This document shows, piece by piece, positions 1-8,772 of a stretch of 51,314 nucleotides of DNA (the first letter of the stretch is position 1; each line of letters opens with the position of its first letter). This DNA is from Deltaproteobacteria bacterium (GTDB lineage: Bacteria > Bdellovibrionota_C > UBA2361 > OMII01): positions 1 to 51,314 of the forward strand of contig CANLCB010000003.1 of the NCBI GenBank assembly GCA_947488865.1. Direction: 5' to 3'. Under the pieces are notes generated by a model, which saw nothing but the letters and a program-made list of their open reading frames with translations, made no database searches and had not been told where the DNA came from. The position numbers were made by a program, and so were the translations under genes.

Positions 1-1
1 C

Positions 2-271
2 GACTTAACGTCTACCGGAAACTCTGGGAATACCGCTGACACGAACTCAACCAACGGCAGTTCGTCCCAAGGATCTTCGTTAGAAGACAAAGAGGAACCT
101 AGCGGCGCCATCACTAAATTCTCGCTAGGGGATGGTACAGTCTTCACCTGCCCTTCTGGCAACGTGGGATTCAGAGTCGTTGGGAGTGACTCTATCGAGC
201 GAGGATACTGTTGCCCTGCGGGAAGCAGTACCGTAACGGTCGGCACAAACCTTCAGGGTCAATGCGCATAA
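2..271 (+). CDS. 3' end of a gene truncated by the window start; Ser/Thr/Asn/Gly-rich linker followed by a small 4-Cys C-terminal module
   Basis: Frame 2 is open from base 2 to TAA at 269-271: DLTSTGNSGNTADTNSTNGSSSQGSS...FTCPSGNVGFRVVGSDSIERGYCCPAGSSTVTVGTNLQGQCA*. Not in the ORF track because it has no start. Confidence 0.65.
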   Translation, partial: DLTSTGNSGNTADTNSTNGSSSQGSSLEDKEEPSGAITKFSLGDGTVFTCPSGNVGFRVVGSDSIERGYCCPAGSSTVTVGTNLQGQCA

Positions 272-324
272 TCGGAAAGTTCAGAGAAACTAATGTGATT
301 CGCTAAAAACCCGTTGATTTATAA

Positions 325-354
325 GGGTGGAGTATCGCAAAAAATACTCCACCC
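325..354. terminator. Perfect 11-bp hairpin between convergent genes; likely terminator
   Basis: GGGTGGAGTAT-cgcaaaaa-ATACTCCACCC, lying between the stop at 271 (+) and the stop at 376 (-). No clean U-tract. Confidence 0.5.
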
Positions 355-375
355 ATTACTTCCAGCACTACCTCC

Positions 376-756
376 CTAACCTAGGCAGAAAAAAGTCTCC
401 TCTAACTGCCTCAAGAGACACTCAGGAGTTACGCGGGTGTCCGGCCCATCGGTAGACATAACCACGCTGCGGGTCTTTTCAGAGTGATCGCCCCCAGTGA
501 TGGAGACCTCCACTTCATACCTTCGCTCGGCGAGCACTGGCGTTTCTCGAGGAATTATCGAGAGATTCCGCGGCAAATCTGGATGCCTCACGTGGATCCC
601 TTGGAGGGACCCCAGCGAAAACCATGAATAACGCGGAAAGTATCCCCTTTCACGAAGAAGTGTCACAAACCTCGATAAAAAGATTTGCGCCTCGCCAAAT
701 GAAAAAGGCTCATCCATCCAATACGGAGGATCCGGCTTTATCGAAAACCAAGCCAC
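376..756 (-). CDS. Hypothetical protein (126 aa)
   Basis: Protein-like composition; GAG preceding the GTG start; fills the gap between other genes; no recognisable motif. Confidence 0.55.
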   Translation of the reverse strand: MAWFSIKPDPPYWMDEPFSFGEAQIFLSRFVTLLRERGYFPRYSWFSLGSLQGIHVRHPDLPRNLSIIPRETPVLAERRYEVEVSITGGDHSEKTRSVVMSTDGPDTRVTPECLLRQLEETFFCLG

Positions 757-843
757 CTCGACATCCTTTCCATCTTAGGCGCAGTCATCTCGATGACGGC
801 CTAAAACCACGCGGGACACTCCACATGCCTCGCGAAAAACCGA

Positions 844-872
844 CTGCTAATCACATTAGCGAGGGGTATAAT
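844..872 (+). promoter_or_regulatory. Putative sigma70 promoter with overlapping palindromic operator
   Basis: Perfect TATAAT at 867-872, 17 nt after a weak -35 (CTGCTA, 844-849); inverted repeat GCTAAT-cac-ATTAGC at 846-860. Confidence 0.4.
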
Positions 873-1044
873 GCTGCGACAGGGTGTAGTAGGCAACTAG
901 CCCCCCCCCTACAAACATGAGCGCTTGCAAGGCCCCTTTTGACCATTACTCTTTTCAGATACCTACAGATTCCGCGCAAAAAGTGGCGCAGATATGCGTC
1001 ATCTCGCCATACATGTGACATAACTGCTGTGAGGTATTTTTGTC

Positions 1045-1866
1045 GTGCTTAAACACTCGCCCAGTTCAGGATTCGAAGGACCATTAGTCCCGCCCTCGAC
1101 GAGCGAAGCCGTATCTCATGCGGTTCAAGAGGCGAACCACTCGTCAGAAATCGTCGAACTCTCGCGGTGGGTAGCCCAACACCTTAACCACCGATTCGTG
1201 GTAGACGACCGAAAACGCTCCGTGCCCCTCGATCAGCTTCATCTCTTAATCGATCCTCTCACAACCCGAATCCAGTCAGGACTCCTCCCTCCAAGAGAGA
1301 GTAACGTCCTCACATTCATATGCGGCGTAACGAACGGCGGACTTCCCCTGGACCTGTTCATTAAAAATCCTTGTTTAGATCTTTCGTTGAGTGACTCAAC
1401 AGCAATAGCGCATGGCAGGTGGCTCCCGCCCCATTTGAAAGAAAAAGCAACGAGGCTTCCCGATAACGAGGACGGATCTCCGGAGTTCAACAATCAGCAC
1501 TATCGAATCATCTCCGCGATTCAAAAGGCCCTCAGAGAGGTTAACCCAGAAATTCCTGTGTTCTTTCTGGGCTCCTCCGCGTCCCTAACCGCTCGATATC
1601 CAAACGATATCGATATAGGCACCAGCGCCGATCTCCGAAGCCAGTACTCCAATCCCAGTGATGAAATATACAAAAATGATTTCGATAAATTGGGATTTGT
1701 CATTCGCAAACATATGCGGGAGGGGAAACCCATAATCGCGCGACCGGATCATATCGGCGCTGTTTGGGAATATATGCCTCTCGCGCTCGGTGTAAGCGTT
1801 GCCCGTCACGGACGCGCCCTTCGAGTTACACCATCAGAGGTCTTTATTATTGAGGCCAAAAAGTAA
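1045..1866 (+). CDS. Hypothetical protein with a C-terminal Pol-beta-superfamily nucleotidyltransferase-like motif
   Basis: PVFFLGSSASLTARYPNDIDIG matches hhhGS-x(n)-DhDh; GAGGT RBS upstream of the GTG start. Confidence 0.6.
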   Translation: MLKHSPSSGFEGPLVPPSTSEAVSHAVQEANHSSEIVELSRWVAQHLNHRFVVDDRKRSVPLDQLHLLIDPLTTRIQSGLLPPRESNVLTFICGVTNGGLPLDLFIKNPCLDLSLSDSTAIAHGRWLPPHLKEKATRLPDNEDGSPEFNNQHYRIISAIQKALREVNPEIPVFFLGSSASLTARYPNDIDIGTSADLRSQYSNPSDEIYKNDFDKLGFVIRKHMREGKPIIARPDHIGAVWEYMPLALGVSVARHGRALRVTPSEVFIIEAKK

Positions 1867-2414
1867 TCCTCTTTGGGCACTCTCACTGGTCGCTGTGTGG
1901 ACGACTCTCTCAGAATATAACCTGCATACCTTTCGTTACGAGAAGAGCGCCCACGAATCTGTAAACTGGATTATGTCCAGCGACTAGGAACGCGAGCCGA
2001 ATCTAGCGTCTTGCGCCGTCATGCCAAGGCAATCGATCGCAACAGCTAACATCAGTCCGAATACTAGAACACTCACTCCCACACGGAACCAAAACCGCAT
2101 CATTCTCTCTTGGTGAAGCATTTTTTCCTCTATGGCGAAACTCCAAGACCTACCATCACAACCGACGAGCTACGAAAGCCGTCCACACAGCCCAGAGGGA
2201 CGCCATACCCTATCAAAATGTCATTAACATTTCTGCTACGTTACACGTCGAAACCGCGGGAATTCACGCTCATAGCACGATATTCTGTCGCATTTTTCCT
2301 CTCTTTTCGCTTTACAGAGTCGCCATCAGTCGGTTTGCGTTCGTATCTCTTTTCGTTTAATAAAAATCGCTTCATTTATTTGCTTACCGTGGAAAATCCC
2401 TCAAACTGCTTGAT

Positions 2415-3383
2415 ATGCAATTCACGCCCGAGACACTGAAAATCTTATATCTGCTTGAATCAAACGCGGCGCTTTCTTTTCGCGCGATTGCCGATATGGC
2501 AGGCCTTGAGGAGCATAAAGTTCGCCGCACCTTCCACCGACTCGTTGAAATGAAGGTGATTACGGGGCGCGCTGTCTTCGTAGACTCGATGGCGCTTGGA
2601 TATGATGATTACGGTCTCTTCTTCTCTCTCAAATCGACGAACGCGAAAGAACAAAAAGCTTTGATTCGTTCACTCGCGGATTCTCCTTTGGTTCGATGGC
2701 TTGCGGATGTTGGGGGGAACTTTGATTACGCCGTGACGTTCCTTTCGAAATCTGGCCGAGAGGTACGGCAGGTGCTCGACCGCATTTCTCAGAAACACCA
2801 GGACGCTTTCGTGGGCAAGCAGTTATCCTTACGCACCTACATGATGCGCTACCCTAGACGGTACCTCTCTCCGAATACCAAAGGGTGCGACACATACATA
2901 ATGGGAAAGGCCACAGAAGAAACCAACATCGACCAGCTCGATCGCCATATCCTCAACGTCCTCAGTCAGGGACACTTTACCCCAGACAATGAAATCGCGG
3001 GGAAGCTTGGGGTCTCGGCCAGCACTATCGTGAGACGCGTAGCCGCGCTCAAGGAGACCGGAATTCTTTTAGGGGATACCTACCGTGTCAACGCCGGCGC
3101 CCTTGGCTACAGCTCCTATCGCCTCCTCATCACTATGAAGCGCCTAGGCACTGACATTCGTCGACGCATGATTCAGTTCTGCGACGAGGAGCTACCGGTC
3201 CGAATCATGGTGGAGAGCCTCGGAAGCTGGGATTACGAACTTGAGCTTGAAGTAGCGGACAACCGTGACATTAAACAGCTCGTTGGTCGCCTCTATGAAT
3301 CGTTTCCTCAAGATATCGTAAGCGTTAACGTTATCCCGGTCTTCCAGCATCTGAAGTATTCAGGCTTTCCAGTAGAAAAGTAG
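2415..3383 (+). CDS. Lrp/AsnC family transcriptional regulator with duplicated HTH + RAM architecture
   Basis: Two wHTH repeats (ETLKILYLLESNAALSFRAIADMAG; LDRHILNVLSQGHFTPDNEIAGKLGVSASTIVRRV), each followed by an ALGY motif and a RAM-like domain (GGNFDY; LGSWDYELE). Confidence 0.85.
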   Translation: MQFTPETLKILYLLESNAALSFRAIADMAGLEEHKVRRTFHRLVEMKVITGRAVFVDSMALGYDDYGLFFSLKSTNAKEQKALIRSLADSPLVRWLADVGGNFDYAVTFLSKSGREVRQVLDRISQKHQDAFVGKQLSLRTYMMRYPRRYLSPNTKGCDTYIMGKATEETNIDQLDRHILNVLSQGHFTPDNEIAGKLGVSASTIVRRVAALKETGILLGDTYRVNAGALGYSSYRLLITMKRLGTDIRRRMIQFCDEELPVRIMVESLGSWDYELELEVADNRDIKQLVGRLYESFPQDIVSVNVIPVFQHLKYSGFPVEK

Positions 3384-3470
3384 GCTTTACGACGGGATCT
3401 TTTTTACCCACCTGCTCGAGAGAAATGGGACCTTCGTACAGCTGCTTTTTCGGACCAAGCGATCCCCGAC

Positions 3471-3543
3471 ATAAAAAAGGAGCAAACGCCGTGGAGAACC
3501 TTTGAGAGTAATTGAATCACCTCTCTAGTCCCCACGACGTTTG
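3471..3543 (-). terminator. Imperfect long hairpin with U-tract downstream of the 3549-4517 gene
   Basis: CAAACGCCGTGG (3483-3494) pairs with CCACGACGTTTG (3532-3543) at 11/12; inner GAGAG/CTCTC; A6 run at 3473-3478 gives a U-tract on the minus strand. Confidence 0.4.
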
Positions 3544-3548
3544 AACTT

Positions 3549-4517
3549 TTACTGGTTCATCATGCGCTGCCAGGGAACTTCGAGATCAACGACCTGCTCC
3601 TTGCCATCATATTTGATGACTAAACAAGAGCCTATAACCTCCAATTCAGCTCCGAGATTGCGAGCTTCGGCAATCACAAATTGGGCGTAGGCGTAACTCA
3701 TGTGCCGATAGAAGCTTTTGAGCTCACTAGCCCCTGTCACTACGCCAAAAGAAACCACCCCAATGGTGGCTCCCTCCGCGTTTTCAAGAGGATCGTAATT
3801 ATCGATGGCAGTGAGCATGGTTTCCAACGATGCCTCAGCCAAGGGCTTTAACCCCCACGACTTAGCCAGGCCCACTCTACGCTTCACGGCCGAAACAGCC
3901 CGTTTCAGACGCCAAAGATGGTTACCTCTCGATATCTCACTAAGCCGCCTGGACCCGACATTGTCGAGAACTGTATGAATGGGGTCAGAGAGATTGCTCC
4001 ATCCCATGCGAGTAACCTCCTCACAGCATTTTTTCAATTGCGAACGCAGAAGGAGGATATTCAAAGAGACATCTGGATAGCGAATAATCTCGAAAGCCGC
4101 CCCAATCGCACCCCGGAGTTCTTCAAGAGCGGCAAGAGCTGATGTCCGCGACTCACTGTCTCCCTCATCCTGCACAACGCTCACAGCCTCCTCAACCGCG
4201 CTTTGGAGCGCTTCCAGTAAGGGTAGACCGATCCGACCATCATCATCCGTATATTCAGCGACCACGGTGCGAATATACTCCGCTGGGTTCAAGGTATCTC
4301 GATACAGGAGCGCTATCTCCAGGTCTCTAATGGCCATCTCTAGAGTGACCTTTGAAGACACGCTCTTGCCACGTTCGAGTGACACACAATTCTCAAGCTG
4401 AAAACCGACCAATCCCCTTCCCGAGAGAACCCGTTGAAGTTGGCTCACAATTCCCATTGCAAGGACCTTTCTATCAGAGAGTGAACAGGAAAAACCTTCA
4501 GACGTTTGCTCCGTCAC
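3549..4517 (-). CDS. Hypothetical, predicted mostly alpha-helical protein (322 aa)
   Basis: Long ORF with L/E/A/R-rich amphipathic pattern; no motif recognised. Confidence 0.7.
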   Translation of the reverse strand: MTEQTSEGFSCSLSDRKVLAMGIVSQLQRVLSGRGLVGFQLENCVSLERGKSVSSKVTLEMAIRDLEIALLYRDTLNPAEYIRTVVAEYTDDDGRIGLPLLEALQSAVEEAVSVVQDEGDSESRTSALAALEELRGAIGAAFEIIRYPDVSLNILLLRSQLKKCCEEVTRMGWSNLSDPIHTVLDNVGSRRLSEISRGNHLWRLKRAVSAVKRRVGLAKSWGLKPLAEASLETMLTAIDNYDPLENAEGATIGVVSFGVVTGASELKSFYRHMSYAYAQFVIAEARNLGAELEVIGSCLVIKYDGKEQVVDLEVPWQRMMNQ

Positions 4518-4684
4518 ATCACATGGATCTAGTCATGTGACGCAGCTAACTAACCCCCTCTACCCATATAACAAAGTGCTTCGAAAGAACGAGAGGCGGA
4601 TCCTTTGCCAAGGCGCGCGGATGGCTGCCTCGGAGAGTGTTAGAAACCCACACTCTCACGGAGCAGTGTACGCGGAGTTTATTC

Positions 4685-4813
4685 CTAGAACTGGCCTCCA
4701 CAGTATCTTCTGCTGCGGTTGACGATATGCGGACTGCAACTTCGTGAAGTTTTTCTCGTTTCGCCGCACACCTCGCCGACTCGAGACGAAACTACTTTTG
4801 AGGCCAGCTCTAG
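4685..4813. mobile_element. MITE/REPIN-like element, copy 1 (129 bp, internally shorter)
   Basis: Ends CTAGAACTGGCCTCCACAGTA ... TACTTTTGAGGCCAGCTCTAG (18/21 inverted match); internal sequence clearly homologous to 17094-17270; intergenic. Confidence 0.75.
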
Positions 4814-4967
4814 TCAAAAAGTCAGGTTGCAACGCTACAAATACGCGTGTAGCGAAGGCAAATTGGAGTTTTGCGACAATTAAAACATCGACTGGCAGCC
4901 TGCCATTACTTGAAGTGTGCGCATGTAAAGGAGAACCTCGAAATTCGCAAAACCGGAGCGTAAGGTT

Positions 4968-5834
4968 TTAAAAGGTCCAAGGAGCGAGGCGTCTATCACT
5001 CCAAGGTCTCGCGTCGCCTGTCGACCTGCATTGAGCCAACGCATCAAAATCAACCTCCGCTACCGCAATCGCCTCTGTATTGAGAGGACTCTCCGCCAAT
5101 ATCGCACTCGCCGGAAAAGGCTCCTTACTCGGCGCAATGATGGAGCTCTGTCCGTAGCCTGTTCCTAGCCCGAAACATTCTATTTCGCCCACGATGCAAG
5201 ACTGCGCTACGAATATTTCATTCTCAATCGCTCGAGCTTTACAACTCCAGTTTACCCTCTGATAGCCGTGCTGCGATTCTGTATAGCTCGGGACACAGAG
5301 AAGCTCTATCCCGGCCTCCGCAACGGCCCGTGCAGCCTCCGGGAACTCGGAATCATAACACACCAGCACTCCCAGGCGTGGGTTAGGGAACCGCTGCAAA
5401 CCAAACTGCTGTTGGAGTCCCCACGGCTCTATCTCCCACTGAGTTCGACAATTTTTGGGCTGAAAGTAAAGCGCGCCATCGGGGAAAGCGACGGCAGAGA
5501 CGTTAACAATCCCCACCTCTGAGCTTCGAAGATACGATCCCCCGATAATTGTGATGTGCAGCGATTGCGCCAATCGTCTTAAAGTATCATCAATAAGCGT
5601 CGCAAACGGAGCGAGTTTTGTCGCCACCGCATGTGTAGGCCCATCTGGCATAGTTTTAAGCAGCTCGACCTCGAATAGTTCTGGCAGAAGCACCACAGAA
5701 CCTCCCCGTCTCGCAGCATCTTCAACCAAAGCGCAGAGATGCTGGAAGAATTCATCCACTCCCTTAATTGGCGCTACTCCCCATGTAATTGAGGCCACCC
5801 GCGCGCAAGAATCTTTTTGGGGAGCGTCCTTCAT
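4968..5834 (-). CDS. Carbon-nitrogen hydrolase (nitrilase superfamily, YhcX-like)
   Basis: Catalytic triad E (LLPELF), K (QPKN), C (LVCYDSEFPE); ARAIENEIFV; GYGQSSIIAP. Confidence 0.92.
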   Translation of the reverse strand: MKDAPQKDSCARVASITWGVAPIKGVDEFFQHLCALVEDAARRGGSVVLLPELFEVELLKTMPDGPTHAVATKLAPFATLIDDTLRRLAQSLHITIIGGSYLRSSEVGIVNVSAVAFPDGALYFQPKNCRTQWEIEPWGLQQQFGLQRFPNPRLGVLVCYDSEFPEAARAVAEAGIELLCVPSYTESQHGYQRVNWSCKARAIENEIFVAQSCIVGEIECFGLGTGYGQSSIIAPSKEPFPASAILAESPLNTEAIAVAEVDFDALAQCRSTGDARPWSDRRLAPWTF

Positions 5835-5837
5835 GCG

Positions 5838-6977
5838 CTACTCCGCCCAGCAAGAGTCCGAGTTATCATCATTTCTCGCCATAAAGGAGCGAGATTCGGT
5901 AAGATTCTTCAACGCTATCGGCCGTCCTCGGTACGGCTCCAACAACCGACTCATCTCCTCTCGCGTCTCAAGTATTGGAGCAATGTGCCTGAGAGGGAGG
6001 TAGTAGGCATCCCAAATCTTCATCACGGTTTCGCCAGTTATCATGAGCGGTTTCGAGCCGCCAATTTCATGGACCGTAAGCATCGTGTAATCTACCGGCG
6101 ATAGCCCCTCCGCGGTAGCGGGTTGGACCCAGGGCACATCCAACATACGGCGCCCCTGCTTTGACCAGAACTTCAATCTGGCGTCCGGATCCGTACCTGA
6201 CTTTTTGTCTATCGTTTGTTGGGCGAGATCCATAAGGCGTGGGTCATTTATCTCACCGAAATGAGCGCTTATCCCAAATTGGTCTCGACGATGTTCAATC
6301 GTTGTGCGGTACACAAGCGGTCCGATCCCTAATCCCTTCATCCGATTATCGATACAGAGATAGTCTCCGAGACTGTAGGTCTCCCCATCAATTTTCGCCA
6401 CGTGCGTTTGATAACCGCCTATAATTCCGCGCTGGTCGGTGAAGACATCGACATCGATGGAAAATCGAGAATCCCTCACGAGACGCACGATTGTATCAAA
6501 CGGAAACCGCTCGTCAGGATCTGGGAAAGACGCGCAATAAACTGGATAGTATCTCTCGAGGAGCTCGAAAGCTTTCACTGGACTATCGGCCATCAAGACA
6601 CGCAGGCTCGTCGAATTGAAGAAAATAGCGGGCCCCTCACCTTTGATTCCACACGGACGCTCAATTCGATGGGTAGCTCGCTCACCCTCCAAAGATTGGA
6701 AAAATCGCGCATCTGGACAGGGCACAGGACGCTCCCAATCACGCCCGACACGAACTTCCTGCTGCCGGAAATCGTAAGCCGGCGTAAAAAAGGACATGGC
6801 ATGAAATGGGGTATCTGCCGCGGGAGGCATCACAGAAAACTGCTCCGTAGGCGGAGAATCCTGGTGAAGCGTCTCCGCCCCCGGTTGAACTATTTTTACT
6901 GAAAATAAGGACTGATCGAGACTAGCCGTTTGACGGCCGGTTGCATGATATACCAATTCCTTTCTTCTGCTCCTCAA
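5838..6977 (-). CDS. GNAT-fold acyltransferase-like protein with N-terminal extension (true start uncertain)
   Basis: Acetyl-CoA motif A YLCIDNRMKGLGIG; ARLKFWSKQG and PWVQP C-terminal motifs; stop 3 nt from the nitrilase start. Confidence 0.7.
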   Translation of the reverse strand: MRSRRKELVYHATGRQTASLDQSLFSVKIVQPGAETLHQDSPPTEQFSVMPPAADTPFHAMSFFTPAYDFRQQEVRVGRDWERPVPCPDARFFQSLEGERATHRIERPCGIKGEGPAIFFNSTSLRVLMADSPVKAFELLERYYPVYCASFPDPDERFPFDTIVRLVRDSRFSIDVDVFTDQRGIIGGYQTHVAKIDGETYSLGDYLCIDNRMKGLGIGPLVYRTTIEHRRDQFGISAHFGEINDPRLMDLAQQTIDKKSGTDPDARLKFWSKQGRRMLDVPWVQPATAEGLSPVDYTMLTVHEIGGSKPLMITGETVMKIWDAYYLPLRHIAPILETREEMSRLLEPYRGRPIALKNLTESRSFMARNDDNSDSCWAE

Positions 6978-7558
6978 GGGGACCCTGCGGAAGATTCACG
7001 CGAACGCCGTCGGCGTCGCACAAATCAACGGGTCGAACCCCCACGAACGAGACCCGGCCAAGGGAACCCCCAACCCGGAAATCTCTCAGTTACACGGCCC
7101 TCGGCAAGAACCAGCTTGGCTCTCACTGTAGCTCTTTTAAGCTCGAGCGTGTCCTCAAATCGTTCCGACTCTGTGTCGGCTTGGGAGATTGAAGAGGCAA
7201 CTGACCTCGACTGACTTCTAACAACTCATCAATCGCGCAAACAAAATTTGCTTGCCTACTTTTGGAATTAAAGCAAATGGGCCCTCTAGTCAACCCTACA
7301 TGACATTTTTTAGGACCACAGGAGCGCGGCTCACGTCGAGACAGCGAGAGCAAGCACCAAGACCGCTCCTACGCGCGGAACAAGCGATTGGTATAAGAGA
7401 AACCATTCAATCAGCCGCTCCTTTGCTCTCAACCACCGAGCCAAGTATTGCCAGCTCGCCCCCATCCTAGTCAGTTGGTACACTCCATCCCTAGCGTAAG
7501 GACTGTCGCGTTTTGTACATTTCGAGCGTAAAACCAGGCTTTTTGGCGAGGGTTTTGT

Positions 7559-8761
7559 ATGTGCGCCCTTCGAATCATCTCCAATGCGGACCTTTGGACC
7601 ATTTCTGACAACCAGAAACGGTTTGGACATCTAGGAACTCGAGATCGCGCGAACCCATCCATCAGCTACGACCATCCCGGCAAAACGAACGCCCTTCTCA
7701 CGGCGGCTCAGAGTCTTCAGTCAGCTATCGCGGCTGGAATTTTCCACACTCACCTCGCTCCCCTTTCAATGACCATCTCGACTCGGTACGCCACTAGCGC
7801 CGAGGCCTTACGAGCGCACCCAGAGGAGTACCTCAACAGCCTGGAGACCGCCTCGTCCGACGCGTTAGAACGGGCAAAGCGAGGAGAAGATCCGATTGCC
7901 CCCTTTGGCAAAGAGGCGGACGTCAGCCCAGGCACCTACAATGCGGCGCTCCGATCTGTGGGAGCAGCCTTAGACGCGGTGGATACAGTTCTGTCTGATG
8001 CGAGCGATACGGCTTTCGCCTTAGTGTGGCCACCAGGTCACCATGCCGAACCAATCCAAGCCATGGGATTCTGCTACCTCTCAACCGCAGCCATCGCCGC
8101 ATTGTACGCTCGAGACCATTCCGTACAGATACGAGCAGGTCATAAAAATAGAGTGGTCCTTATCGACATCGATCATCACCGCGGAAATGGCTCCGCGGCC
8201 GTACTTGCCAACCAGCCAGAGGTTCTCTTTATTGACCAGGCGTATCGATCTCACTACGACCCGCGGCTACAACGTTACGTCGACGGCCCCTACGACCCGG
8301 CGACCGACACCTATGAAGGGGCTGGCAGAGAGTTTCCCTACGAACATACAGATAAGTTTCTTGGGGTAACGGCGCATCCCATGGCAAGTGCCCCCAATAT
8401 CCATAAGGTGGAGTTCGAGGGATTCCAATCAGCCGAAACTGTCATAAGGACTTTTTTTACCAGAGTGATGCCAGCCGTAAAGGAATTTAATCCCGACGTC
8501 ATCCTGTGGTCCGTCGGCCTCGACTCTGCCAAGGGAGACCCAGTGGGAGGGCTCGGATTGGAGCCTGAGTCCTTTTACACTTTCATCAAAGGGATGCGGT
8601 TGGCGTTTCCTGACATTAAGCATTGCGGCATCCTCGAAGGCGGATATCACCCTGAGCTTGGAGCGGCCTGCATCGTACCAACGCTACTTGGTTTTCACGA
8701 TGCGCCCGAGCAGATCTGCTACGACTCTTTCAGTCCCTACCAAGGGGCATTTAAGAAATAA
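7559..8761 (+). CDS. Zn-dependent histone deacetylase family protein (amidohydrolase)
   Basis: PPGHHA, GFC, DIDHHRGNG, GLDSAKGDP and LEGGY motifs; GAGGG before the ATG. Confidence 0.9.
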   Translation: MCALRIISNADLWTISDNQKRFGHLGTRDRANPSISYDHPGKTNALLTAAQSLQSAIAAGIFHTHLAPLSMTISTRYATSAEALRAHPEEYLNSLETASSDALERAKRGEDPIAPFGKEADVSPGTYNAALRSVGAALDAVDTVLSDASDTAFALVWPPGHHAEPIQAMGFCYLSTAAIAALYARDHSVQIRAGHKNRVVLIDIDHHRGNGSAAVLANQPEVLFIDQAYRSHYDPRLQRYVDGPYDPATDTYEGAGREFPYEHTDKFLGVTAHPMASAPNIHKVEFEGFQSAETVIRTFFTRVMPAVKEFNPDVILWSVGLDSAKGDPVGGLGLEPESFYTFIKGMRLAFPDIKHCGILEGGYHPELGAACIVPTLLGFHDAPEQICYDSFSPYQGAFKK

Positions 8762-8772
8762 CAGCTGTTAAT

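Noticed and set aside
624-2439. Short ORFs 624-920, 1799-1987 and 2110-2439
   Set aside because: They overlap better-supported genes or promoter-like sequence and have no motifs.
6985-7130. GC-rich stems and GGGGGTTCGACC (minus strand) upstream of the GNAT gene, suggesting a tRNA T-arm or a guanidine riboswitch
   Set aside because: The T-stem does not close and no cloverleaf forms; the ykkC core and paired ACGR loops are absent.
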